DNA of 64,000 nt from Eledone cirrhosa (Eukaryota), in contig OZ024742.1 of NCBI GenBank assembly GCA_964016885.1, forward strand, positions 147,746,001-147,810,000, given 5' to 3'. The notes under the pieces are model-generated. The model had not been told where the DNA came from and made no database searches. It worked only from the letters and a program-made list of their open reading frames with translations. Positions 50,565 through 62,653 of this stretch are shown here, piece after piece (the stretch's first letter is position 1; each line of letters opens with the position of its first letter). The position numbers were made by a program, and so were the translations under genes.

Positions 50565-53334
50565 CAGTACTAAAAAATAAAATAAAAAGGGATCAAGAAC
50601 CGCATATTCAATCACACAACAAAATCAAGGAGGCGCTGGGGATTCCTTCGTGCGTGATAGCGAGGATAAGAAGCTGGAATCAATAACCAAGCAATAAGAA
50701 TTTTAAACAAATATTGTTCGTTTATCACTGTGCTAATTAATATATCAAACAAATGGAAACAATATTGTTATAGCAATATCCGGAAAAAACACCAGCGAAA
50801 GTAAAAGCTAAAGACCTATTGATAAAAAGTCCCCAGGAAAAGTTAGCAGTCAATTATCACCTATAAGTAAATTAGCTCCACATGGCCAGACATAGTCATA
50901 GAAAATAAAGATTCTTGCCTAAGATTGCGATGAAACTTGCTCCTCGTTCTTGTCAGGTTTCCCCCTTCACTTTAATTTTATTGTTTGTTATTTTATATAC
51001 CTAAAACGAAACATTCCCACAATTATAATGTAGAAATGAAATAATTAATTATAAAAGTATCTTTTTAGGAAAATGTATGGTAAACTTGCTTAATAAAAAC
51101 ACTTCTCAGTATCCGCCTCTGTGATTAAATCAATGATAATTTTTTTTTCATATGAAGTTGGCATTTATTCAACAGTAGATTCGTATTTTCCACTCGAGTT
51201 TACGTTTGAAATCAAGCATTCAATTAAACATTTAAAATAAAATATAACTTTCCATCTTATATACAAATATATAAATTGTCGATGAAAAAAAAAAAAAAGA
51301 AAATATTTATTGGGCATGGGTCACTGTTTAGTTTTACATGAGTGCAGATAACATTACAACAGCTGACCACTCCATACACGCGATACACAACTAAATTTTC
51401 CACTTTAAATGATCTGCGTCTCTGAAAATGTCATGTAAATAGTACAGTGCCCAACTGTTCATTGTAATGAAAGTCAATGGATGTGTCGAGCTGTGGATGT
51501 ATTCGATATTGATAGGAACAAGGTAAGTTAAACAGAAGAAATACTATTGTAAGGATACAGTACTTTTTATGAATATTAGACTGTGTTATGTCATGCCTCT
51601 AGTCTCCCGACAATACACCCAGAAAAAGCAGCAAAATCTTCAAAGCATGGTCGACCATCCCCGGAAAAGATACAATGCATAATGTGGTTCGTGATGCAGT
51701 AATGCTGCGAGCGTGCTGGCTTGCCTTAAACATTTCCGATGACCCTTGTGTTGTGTGACCGATTAATGCACTTGATGTTGATCTGATGTTTTCTTCTCTC
51801 TCGCTTTGATTATCTATTTTTGTGTATTATATTCATTAGGCTCCTAGCAATAATTAATTGTATATATTACCTGTTTATATTTTCATTCTGTAAGACTTAT
51901 AAACAATTTTTAATGTTATTTATACAACTGCGAAAACGTGGAGATGTTTCTAGGAAAACAACAGTATGATCACGGCTGAAATACCTTGATCATAGGTCTA
52001 CTCGATCAATGCTGACTTGGGGTTAAACAACAACACCATTTAGCAATTATTAATTGTGTTATAATTGTTGTCAATGTTCAGAGCTGTTCCCATTCACACC
52101 TACTAACTCTATAAAAATCAAGCGCTGGGAGTGTGTCGTATTGTTACTGAAGGGCTCTCTCAACAACTGTTGGTGTGGTTTCTACAATTGAGAGCCGTTT
52201 ATAACACCAACTTTACAGAATATACTGGGTGCGTTTATCATGGCACCAGCCCTCGGGAGGTTGTCAGTCATTGATTCGACTGCAAAATCCTCTATATATG
52301 TTAAAAACTTTAGCCAGGTTGCATTGCTTGAACGATTAGAGTATCTTGGTTTACGGAAATATTTGTTTCTACTTTAGGCACAAGGCCAGCAATAATCCAG
52401 TTCATTACTGGTACTTTATTTTATTCTTCTCTATCCTTTCCCTGTTTTCTCTTCTTTGGCGGGCTGCATTCGCTCTCCTTTCCAACTAACTGAATAGATG
52501 AATGGACGTATAAGGTGAATAAAGCTTTATTGTTATACTTTGGGATGGCCACGCCGCTAATAAGAACACAAGCACCTGTTGGATTTCACTTCAATTTATT
52601 ATAAACTCCCAGTCGGTTAGTTTAATAACCGGATGGTTATTTAGTTGTTGATCGTCAAAGCTCTTTCGTCACACATTCTGTGACCTCTGTGACAACTTTT
52701 GTTGATATTTTGTCTCTCATTTGTTTTGTCCTACACGATCTTGCTTTTGTAAGCTCACTTATAATACATTGCAGTGAAAACAACAGGTACATGTGTTTTT
52801 ATTGGCAGCATGATCCTCCCAAAGTATAACAATATGTTTATTAATATGTTATATAATATTTGGTATATTAATTGTTTATGAGAAATTCTATATCATTTTA
52901 GGTCTTTAAACATTTTGATCTCTAAAAAATACACTACAATTTTACATCTAGTGTTATAAAGTAGTAGTGCTAGTACTACAATAAAATACACCCAATCCAC
53001 TCTAAAGTGGTAATGCTTGTGCCATGATAAAAAACACTGAGTCCCTTCTGTAAGGTAATAGTGCTGAAAATCATGGTAAAATGTTCCCAATACATGCTTT
53101 AATGTTGGTGACATTAGGAAGGGCATCCAGCTATAGACACCATATCAAAACGAAATGTATAAGTAACATCTGGCCCTCTGAGCTACTCCACTAACCCATG
53201 CAAGCTTGGAAAATAGATGTAAAACAGTGATGATGATGATCTAGTTTCACTTAGGTAATGTTGCAGTTTAGGAAATCTCAGTAGACTTTTAACTTCCTCT
53301 TTCTTTCTCTTGTATTTTACAAACATAAATTAAG

Positions 53335-53483
53335 GCATCTAGCATAGTTACGTCCCTTTACAGTCTGAGTTCAAATCCCGCCGAGGTTAACTTTGCCTTT
53401 CATCCTTACGGGGTCGATAAAATAAAGTATCAGTAATGTACTGGGTAATTGCTGGCCTTGTGCCTAAAGTAGAAACAATTATT
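53335..53483 (+). mobile_element. tRNA-derived SINE (internally deleted variant)
   Basis: gagttcaaatcccgccgagg + core + ggccttgtgcctaaagtagaaacaattatt. Confidence 0.8.
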
Positions 53484-54268
53484 GGAATGAAACTGAATTC
53501 TGTACTTTTCTCACATTGGCACAAAGCCACAACATTTGAAAGAGAAGTTTAATTGGATCAACTCTATCTAGTACATGATCGTCATCATCATTTAGTGTCC
53601 ATTTTCACTGCTAGCCGTACAAAATTATATAGTGTAAGTATTTAATCAAGTTTACTTCTGTTTCTGCTAGCTCAGTAACAATAGATACATGTTAGCTGGT
53701 TTGGTTAATTAACATTTAAAGAAAATTCATGCTAGATGTTAATGCAATTCTCTTTTCAGTGATACTCAAGGATTTCCAAAGTCCCAGGAGACTTGTAATA
53801 GCGGTAGACATAAATTGATATATATCTATATAATATATTGATATATATCTATATAATATATATAAAGAGATATATATGTATACAATATATAGAGAGAGAT
53901 ATATATGTATACAATGTATATAGAGAGATATATCATGAGCATCATCATTTTATGTCAGTTTTCCATACAAAATGCTGATGATATATATTTATTTGTGCGT
54001 GAGTGTATGTATGTATTTCTATATACACAGACACACACACGCAAAATGTAATCCTACTATTGACCCCACCCACCATACACATACCATACAAGACCTAGAT
54101 TAAATAAAAAAATATCCTTTAAAACCATACTGCTCCAATTATGAGTATGGGGGTAAAGGGCATCATCAGCCTGCAGTCATCATATTATAAAGTATCTAAT
54201 GATATAAAACACAGATGAAGTTTCATCATATTTTTTCTTTTACACTTGTATTACACACACTCACACAT

Positions 54269-54460
54269 ATATTTAATATAGAAATGGCTTCTACAGGACT
54301 AGAACTATTTCATTCGAAAGAAATCATCAGGAAAGGCTTTCCTGTTGATTTCCTTTGAATAAAACAGTTCTAGTCCTGTAGAAACCATTTCTATATTAAA
54401 TATTTATACTCTGCTATGTATTGAGTACCTTACTTACTGTGGTTACCCCCGATTGAACCC
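54269..54460. repeat. Fold-back palindrome of an HHR-like repeat, family shared with 59416-59535
   Basis: Arms 54269-54334 / 54338-54403; the minus arm reads CTGATGA-tTTC tttc GAAt-GAAA-TAG-TT. Confidence 0.65.
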
Positions 54461-55149
54461 GGGATACACACACACACATATATGTGTGTATGCATGTATG
54501 TATATATGTATATATGTATCTATGTACAGTGTTTTTTTTTTGTGTATTTATTTTTGTTGTTCAAGGCAAGGTAAGAAGGGTAAGCTAAAATGTGCCAGGA
54601 GGGAGAAACTAGAATATAATAAAATACAATATACGAGATAAAACTTATTTAAAAACAGTATACATTTTGTGTTTTAAGGGGAAGGTAGAGGTATAGAACG
54701 ATGAGCATATAAGAGTTAAGGTTAGAGTTAAAATTAGGATTAGTGTTAGTATGGTTACTGTGAACGATCACATAGCAACAATCTATGCGCTTCGTTGCTA
54801 GGTTAGTGCAAAGTTGGAATTCCTTTGTGTATATATATATATATATATACACAAACGAATTCCAACTTTGTCTGATTTACTTGTTTTATTTACAATCCTT
54901 TAAAATTTATAATGGTATTAGAATGAAATAGTATGGTAGAATATTAAATGTTAAGTGTTAATTGAACAAGTACTTTCATGCTTTCGCAATCTTCAGGTTC
55001 ATAATGTGTGGTGACAGTCAAGTTTACAATTTTCAACTGTATATATATATAATGTACATAAATATATATATATATATATCGGGAACAGTTCTGTATAGCG
55101 CCAGTTCGTGATTTGAACTCGGGAATTTTATATTCTCTGAGTGAGAAGA

Positions 55150-55233
55150 ACCTTCTGACGAAAGTCTTCTTCTCAATGGATTTCCACATGGATTATCCAT
55201 TTAATTAGAGACTTGAAACCGCGCGGTAAGGGT
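55150..55233 (+). ncRNA. Type I hammerhead ribozyme with extended stem II and GC palindromic stem III
   Basis: ACCTT-CTGACGA-AAGTCT...AATGGAT...ATCCATT...AGACTT-GAAA-CCGCGCGG-TA-AGGGT; GUA cleavage predicted after 55228. Confidence 0.88.
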
Positions 55234-55662
55234 AATTATAGCAGGTACAGTGAACTTTTTAAAATTTATTTTAAAACTTTTTCTTATTTGCTAAACCTTC
55301 ATTATATATATATATATATATATATATTTATTAAAATAACAGATTAAAGTTTAAGCAAAGAATCGCTGCTTTCACCCTTAACGGGATCTTCTGAAACTAA
55401 CAAAGTCAATCTGTAAACGCAGAACTGGATATTTCAAAAAACGTTGCAACCGGAGGAAGACAGGAAGACGATACTTTGGTTCGTGGTAACGTTCGCTGGC
55501 AAAGAACGGGAAAAAACGAATAATACGTCATTAATAGGAGCGGTGAAAAACAATTACGCGCAAAGACAAAACCACGTTTATGGTATAAAAGAGGTCGTAG
55601 ACTAATGTTCTCTTAGGTGGTGAAATTTTATTATTATTACTATATATATATATATATATATT

Positions 55663-57215
55663 GCTCTTAGAAAACTAGGTGTTGATGAATGGCTTGTGAG
55701 AGCTATACAAGCCATGTATAAAGAAACAGTTAGCAAGGTTAGAATTAACAACGAATATAGTGAAGAGTTTAGTGTAAAAGTTGGTGTTCATCAGGGCTCT
55801 GTTCTTAGCCCCCTACTATTTATTATTGCCCTCCAGGCTATAACAGTGGAGTTCAAGACCGGCTGCCCATGGGAACTCCTATACGCAGATGATCTAACGC
55901 TCATAGCTGAATCAATGGCCGAGCTAGAGAAGAAATTCCAAACATGGAAGCACGGCCTAGAATCAAAAGGCCTTAAAATTAACCTAGCTAAGACTAAAGT
56001 TCTAGTTTGTAAGAAAGAAAATAAGGCGGCGGTCCCCTCCGGGAAGTGGCCATGCGCAGAGTGTAGGAAAGGCGTAGGTAGAAATTCCATTTTGTGTCCC
56101 AAATGCAAAGTTTGGGTGCATAAAAGATGTAGTGGGATCACAGGTAAGCTAACTAAGAACATAGATTTTACATGTGGCCGGTGTTCTGGGGATATAAGTA
56201 GCAGCAAGTGCCCACAAAATACTAGCTCTTTCAACTGCGCAGAGGGTTCTATAGAAATAGTGGACAGCTTCCGTTACCTGGGTGACAAAATCAGCAGTGG
56301 GGGAGGGTGCTCTGAAAGTACAGTAGCTAGAGTCAGAACTGGGTGGAAAAAGTTCAGAGAGCTTATACCACTATTAGCCGCTAAAGGGTTCTCCCTAAAA
56401 ATGAAAGGCAGGCTGTACGATGCCTGCATACGAACAGCAATGTTGCATGGCAGTGAGACCTGGGCATTGTGTGCAGAGGATATACGCAGACTAGAGAGAA
56501 ACGAAGCTTGCATGCTCCGCTGGATGTGTAATAGTAATATACGTGAACGACAAAGCATAAACGAACTAAGGAAAAAATTAGAAATAAGAGGGATCAGATG
56601 TTGTTTACTAGAGAGAAGGCTACGTTGGTATGGTCACGTGATGCGCATGAAGGATGATAGCTGTATAACAAAGTGCAGGGCAATAAAGATAGACGGTAGC
56701 CACGGAATAGGCAGACCCAGAAAAACCTGGGACGAGCTGATAAACACCGACCTCACACACTTACACCTCACCAAGACAATGTCACTGGACCGAGACCTTT
56801 GGCGGTACTCAGTAATAGAGAAGACCCGCCTTGCCAGTAGGCATCTCTAACAAAATACACCACGTCCCACCACCACAACCCCCACCCCATCCACACCACC
56901 CCGTTCTATGTAAAGTTATGTTGGTGCCGCGCCATCCAGGCCGAAACAAATGAGATCGTGTAGGTGTCACGACAAAAAAACACACAGTCCACGCTGTAAT
57001 GTGGCCGTGTAGGCAACACGGTAAAAACCTCCCAGACCCACACTGTAAATGTGGTTGGTGTTAGGAAGGGCATCCAACTGTAGAAAACCTGCCAGACAGT
57101 CCTATGCGAGCAAGAAAATCACTCTTGCCTCAAGTGGGACTACCCCCGTCCAAACCCATGCAAGCGTGGAACACGGACGTTAAACGTTGATGATGATGAT
57201 GATGATGATGATGAT
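55663..57215 (+). mobile_element. Young 5'-truncated RTE LINE; open frame to 56850 with RT C-terminal half and embedded PHD-type finger; (GAT)n tail
   Basis: GVHQGSVLSPLLF, LLYADDL, KTKV, CAEC-CPKC-HKRC-CGRC, FRYLG, MLHGSETW, RRLRWYGHV, GRPRKTW. Confidence 0.95.
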
Positions 57216-57728
57216 AATATATATATATATACATATATATATATACATACATATATATATATATATATATAATATATATATATATAATATATATATATAT
57301 ATATAATATATATATATATATATACATATATACGATATTAAACAAATGGAAACTATCTTTATAAAACCATATTTATTTATATTTCAGGGATATCATATTA
57401 AAAATATGGTATGCCTTCCTCAGACAAAATACAATATATAAACCGTTTTATAAATAAATTTGACATACCTTAAACAGTACAACTTCCATTTAAAAAGTTG
57501 ATTTGGTATAGAGTCTATACCATTTCCTGTCAGCATGGCTTGGCAAGCTATTTAGAACACTGGTTGACAACTTTACTTCGCTCTGAAGAAGAGATATTAT
57601 CTCGAAAATTAAGGACATTTAAATAAATCTAAGGTAAAAGACTAATTGTCAACAATATCTTTTGCATTTGCATTCTTTATTCTATGTCCATACCTGCATT
57701 GTTTTGGCTTTATTATACATATACAAAC

Positions 57729-57804
<76 letters not shown>

Positions 57805-57959
57805 AAATAATGGAGCAAAGGACTCGCGTATAATCCTGTAATTAAATGAGCTCAAAGGAAAGAGTTTTCCTGGGCACTTTAAAATACAATATATAGAGGG
57901 GAAAGAGACAGAAGAGTGTGTTTTTCATTACAGGAATTTTGAAAAACACACTCTTCTGA

Positions 57960-59085
57960 TACACAGCCACTAAGAGAGAAGCTAGACGTCAGGTGTACTT
58001 AGCATGCAGGGAGGCTGAGAGTAGGAGGTTTGCCAATGTTCTGCGACGGGAAGATCAGAGACATGTGGTGTTCCGCATTGCAAGGCAGTATGTGAGTGTA
58101 AATCAGGATGTTGTTGGAGATAAGTGTGTCCGAAATGATGCTGGTGTACTTAGTGTCATGAATGATCAGAAAAAGGAGGCCTGGAAATGTCATGAGAGAC
58201 TGCTGAATGTGGAGAACGAGTGGGAGAGAGAGAAATTACCCCCAGTAGACCTGACAGAGGGACCAGCTATTGAGATTGACGAATATAGGGTCCAAGAGGC
58301 AATTAAGTAAATGAAAAATGGTAAGGCCGCTGGACTGTCGGAGATAATTGCTGAGATGCTGAAGGCATCACGAGAAGTAGGTACAATACTGGTTGCACGC
58401 ATCATCAATCAGGCTATATATGGCGGCGTCATACCCAAAGACTGGTGCAGCAGTATTCTCATAAATTACTACAAAGGTAAAGGGGATGCTCTGGAGAGGA
58501 GCAATTATAGGGGCATAAAACTAATGGATCAGGTTATGAAAATGGCAGAAAGAATATTAGCGCAACTAATTAGAGAAGGGGTCAAATTAGATGAGATGCA
58601 GTTTTGTTTTGTGCCTGGGAAAAGTACAACAGATGCCCTCTTCTTAGTGAGACAACTACAAGATGCTGCATGGTAGTGAGACATGGGCAGCAACTGCAGA
58701 GGATATGTGACGGCTGGAGAGAAATGAAACAAGCATGCTCCGTTGGATGTGTAATGTCAACATGCGTGAACGACGAAGCATGGATGAGTTGAGAGAGAAA
58801 CTGTATAAGAGGGATAAGTTGTAGTGTGCGAGAGAGAAGACTGTGATGGTATGGACATGTGATGCACATGGAGGATGACCGCTGGGTAAAGAAGTGCCAA
58901 GAAATCCCAGTAGAAGGAAGACGCAGTAGAAGAAGACCACGATAAACATGGGTGGAGGTGGTGAGAGCTGACCTCAGATTGCTGAAGCTCATGGAGATGA
59001 CGACGAAGGACTGACAAATGGAGAGATGCTGTGCTGAATAGGACCCGACCCACCCTTGCAATCAGGGAAAAGCAGATGTAAAATA
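57960..59085 (+). mobile_element. RTE LINE with a large internal deletion removing the RT core
   Basis: KMKNGKAAG..YKGKGDALERSNYRGIKL..FLVRQLQ is joined at about 58662 directly to MLHGSETW. Confidence 0.85.
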
Positions 59086-59215
59086 ATAATAATAATAATT
59101 GTTTCTCCTTTAGGCACAAGGCCAGCAATTATTCCAGTGCATTACTGGTACTTTATTTTATTGACCCCGTAAGGATGAAAGGCAAAGTTAACCTCGGCGG
59201 GATTTGAACTCGTAA
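59085..59215 (-). mobile_element. 5'-truncated tRNA-derived SINE
   Basis: Reverse complement of the SINE core and (ATT)n tail. Confidence 0.8.
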
Positions 59216-59367
59216 AGGCCAACCTCTAATGATACTACCAATCCAATAATAATAATAATAATAATAATAATGACGATGATGGTGGTGGTGGTGGCGGCAT
59301 AAGCGGCGGCGGCCATCATCATCACATATATATACATATGTATAAATATATATATAGACATGTATAC

Positions 59368-59417
<50 letters not shown>

Positions 59418-59708
59418 CCCGTGGGTAACCACAGTAAGGTACTCAATACATAGCAGAGTATAAATATTTAATATAGAAATGGCTTCTACAGGACTAGAAC
59501 TGTTTCTTTTGAAGGAAATCATCAGGAAAGCCGACTGTTAATGTGATATGGTGGTATTTTCTGGTGATTGGGATGGGTGGTGGTCTTTGGCTGATGGATT
59601 TAAAGAATGGGGTTTCTTTGAAAAAACTATACTTAGAGAAAAGTACATAGTGTTACAGAATGATACAAATGCAGGCACTCCTAATGTTCAAGGTTCCTTT
59701 ATTCTAAG

Positions 59709-62196
59709 GCCACCCAAGGCGGATTGGTCTGGCACCCAGCAGTATTAGGGCCGCAACCCGGCAAAAGGGGCTCTGCTGAAAATCCAAGAGGTGTCTGTTC
59801 TGGTAACCGGCGGCTTCGGGTCATTTCTGTCCCTGCATCTGTGGAGAATCTGTGGCAAACAGGACGGTTTTTCCCCTCTTTCGGGATATACATGCGGTTT
59901 TTTGGGAGACCGCTTGTGAATTCACTACTCTCATGACACTTCTTCCATGAATCCTACAAATACGAACTATGAATACGAATTGCCTTCCTGCTACGAACGC
60001 AAAGCAAAGCAACAGCGCTCCTACCGCTATGGCTCTACAGACTACTCCCGCAGTAGTCCCGCTCTTCAGATGAAGGAAGGAATTGAGGGTGGTGTGCTGG
60101 AACGTCCGAACACTTCGTGACGACGGTGTCCAGGCACTTACAATGAAGGCTCTGCACAGGTACTGCGTTAATGTCGCTTGCCTTTCAGAAGTTCGACTTC
60201 CCGATGTTGGTCATCTTCCGATCAAAGTTCCTGGCGAGGACATCTCCTACCACTTGTACCATAGTGGCGTGACTGACAACAGTGGCCTTCACGGGGTCGC
60301 TGTAGTGCTCAGCCCCTACGCGCAAGCGACTCTGCTGGCGTGGCAGCCGATCTCACACCGACTCGCGCTGGTTCGATTGAGGGGTCAAATCTCCAACGTC
60401 AGCGTAATTGCTGTCTACACTCCCACACTCAATGCGGACGACGCGGCCAAGACGCAGTTCTATGCCGATCTCCAAACAACCGTGGACGGCGATGTTCTCA
60501 TTGTCGCTGGGGACTGGAATGCGCGGATGGGGCTGGCTGATGATACAACACGGCATATTCTAGGACACTTCGCCCTAGGTACCTCCAACGGTTGAGGAGG
60601 TACGTAGTGTCCTGACACATCTCCGGAACAACAAAGCGCCAGGCGAAGATGGCGTTCCAGCTGAGGTCTACAAGGCCGAGCCTGATGTCTTCGCAGCTTG
60701 GCTCCATCGAGTCTTCTCCTCGGTGTGGGCGACGGAGCAGTTCCCTGGTGACTGGAGCGAGGCAACTCTCCTACCCTTCTTCAAAAAAGGTGACAGGAAA
60801 CTGTGTTTCAACTACAGGGGTATCAGTTTAATTGACATTGCTGCCAAAACCTCCGCAATTCTTCTGCTGAAGAGGTTCCAGGCCATCCGTGATGTCCATA
60901 CCCGTACTTCTCAGGACGGCTTCCATCTGGGGAGGGGGTGCATTGATCAAATCTTCATTCTCCAGCGTGTCCTGGAACAACGGTTGGCACATCAGCAACC
61001 TACCGTCCTCTGCTTCATCGACTTTGCGGCTGCCTTCGACTCGGTAGATCGGGAAGCCCTATGGCGTATAATGCAGGCGGACGGCATCCCAGTGAAGCTG
61101 CTTCATCTCATACAAGGCTACTACCGGTCGACTCGGGCCCGAGTTAGAGTCTATGGTGGGGAGACGGAGTCGTTCGATGTTTTGGACCGGTGTTCGGCAG
61201 GGGTGTGCGCTATTGCCAACTCTCTTTAACTACGCTATTGACTACACTCTCAACACAGCGTTCCAGGATTACCCGGGCGTAGAGGTCGGAAGAGGGGTCG
61301 TGGTGACGGACCTGGCCTATGCGGATGACATCGTGCTGACGGGCGCTAACAGGACAGATGTACAAGGTGTTCTCGAAAGGGTGCACACTGCAGCCACTGC
61401 TGTTGGTCTACGAATCAATGCCTCCAAGTCGAAGGTCATGACGTCACTGGTCTTGCCTGACGCCTGGCAGCCGATATCTCTCGAGGGCGTGGACCTGGAG
61501 GATGTGGAGTCCTTTGTTTACCTGGGCTCAACAGTCGTTCCAACGGGACAGGGCGCAGCCGAGGTCAAGCGTCGCATAGGTGCTGCCAGATCCGCTTTGA
61601 GGCGCCTCCAGTGGTATCTGTGGGACAGAAGAGAGATCACCTCGGCCACCAAAGGGTGAATCTACCAGGCCGTCGTTCTCACTATCCTCCTCTATGGCTG
61701 TGAAACATGGCCTATGAGGGTAGTCTATCAACGAGGGCTGGAGGTCTTCGATAATGACTGTCTCCGTCGCATTCTTCGCTGCCCACGCATTGATCGGGTA
61801 CCTACCACCAGTCTTCGTCTTCGCGTGAATCTTCGACCCCTTCTTTCAGTGCTTCTGCAACGGCGCTTGAGATGGTTTGGTCACGCAGCCCGGTGTCCTG
61901 AGGGTGAACTGATCCACGATGTTCTCCTCTCACCTCCACTCCCTAACTGGCGCAAGCGCATTGGCGGGCAGCTGAAGACCTGGGCAATGATAATCAAGGA
62001 GGACCTCTCCGAACTCTCACGTCCGCAGGTGGTCGGCCTTCGCCGATGGAACCGTGACTGGCTTGCTATCTCCAGTGACCTAGCCTGGGACTGTCGTACA
62101 TGGGCTGCAATGGTTCGGGATGCCGTCAGGACAAGGGAAGAAGCTGGCTCAACCCGTCCAGAGTGAATGTCGACACAAGTACAAGTACAAGTAAGT
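59709..62196 (+). mobile_element. GC-rich RTE LINE (SR2-like) with 5' UTR, partial APE endonuclease, internal deletion, frameshifted RT and (CAAGTA)n tail
   Basis: CWNVRTL, CLSEVR, AGDWNA; KAPGEDG, NYRGISL, FIDFAAAFDSV, GVRQGC, AYADD, FVYLGS, RRWNRDWL; TSD at 59677-59708 / 62197-62228. Confidence 0.93.
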
Positions 62197-62438
62197 ACTC
62201 CTAATTTTCAAGGTTCATTTATTCCAAGCAAACACAGGGTTTTCATTAAGTGGCTGTATGAACATGCTCTGGATTCAGATGGTTCAAGATGTTTGGTGTC
62301 TTGTAAAAGCTGTAATTAAAGTTTCCGATGTGTTCTTAAGTTGACAAAATAACAGACATGAGAAAAAGAATAATTTGTTTAGAATGGGACATCTTGTCAT
62401 TCACTCATACTGTTCATAATACTTGGAATCAAAATAAT

Positions 62439-62653
62439 TGTTTCTACTTTAGGAAAAGGCCAGCAATTTGAAGGAGAGGGGAAAGTAGATTAAATCTACC
62501 CCAGTGCATTACTGGTACTTTATTTTATTGACCCTGTAAGGACGAAAGGCAAAACTAACCTCGGTCGGATTTGAACTCAGAACGTAAAGGACCGTAACTC
62601 TATGCTGAAAAGCATGGTGTCCAATGCTCTACTGATACTGCCAATCCACTGCC
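62439..62653 (-). mobile_element. Full-length tRNA-derived SINE with 17-bp TSD
   Basis: A-box-like tggcagtatcagt, B-box gagttcaaatcc, core domain; cttggaatcaaaataat at 62422-62438 and 62654-62670. Confidence 0.9.
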
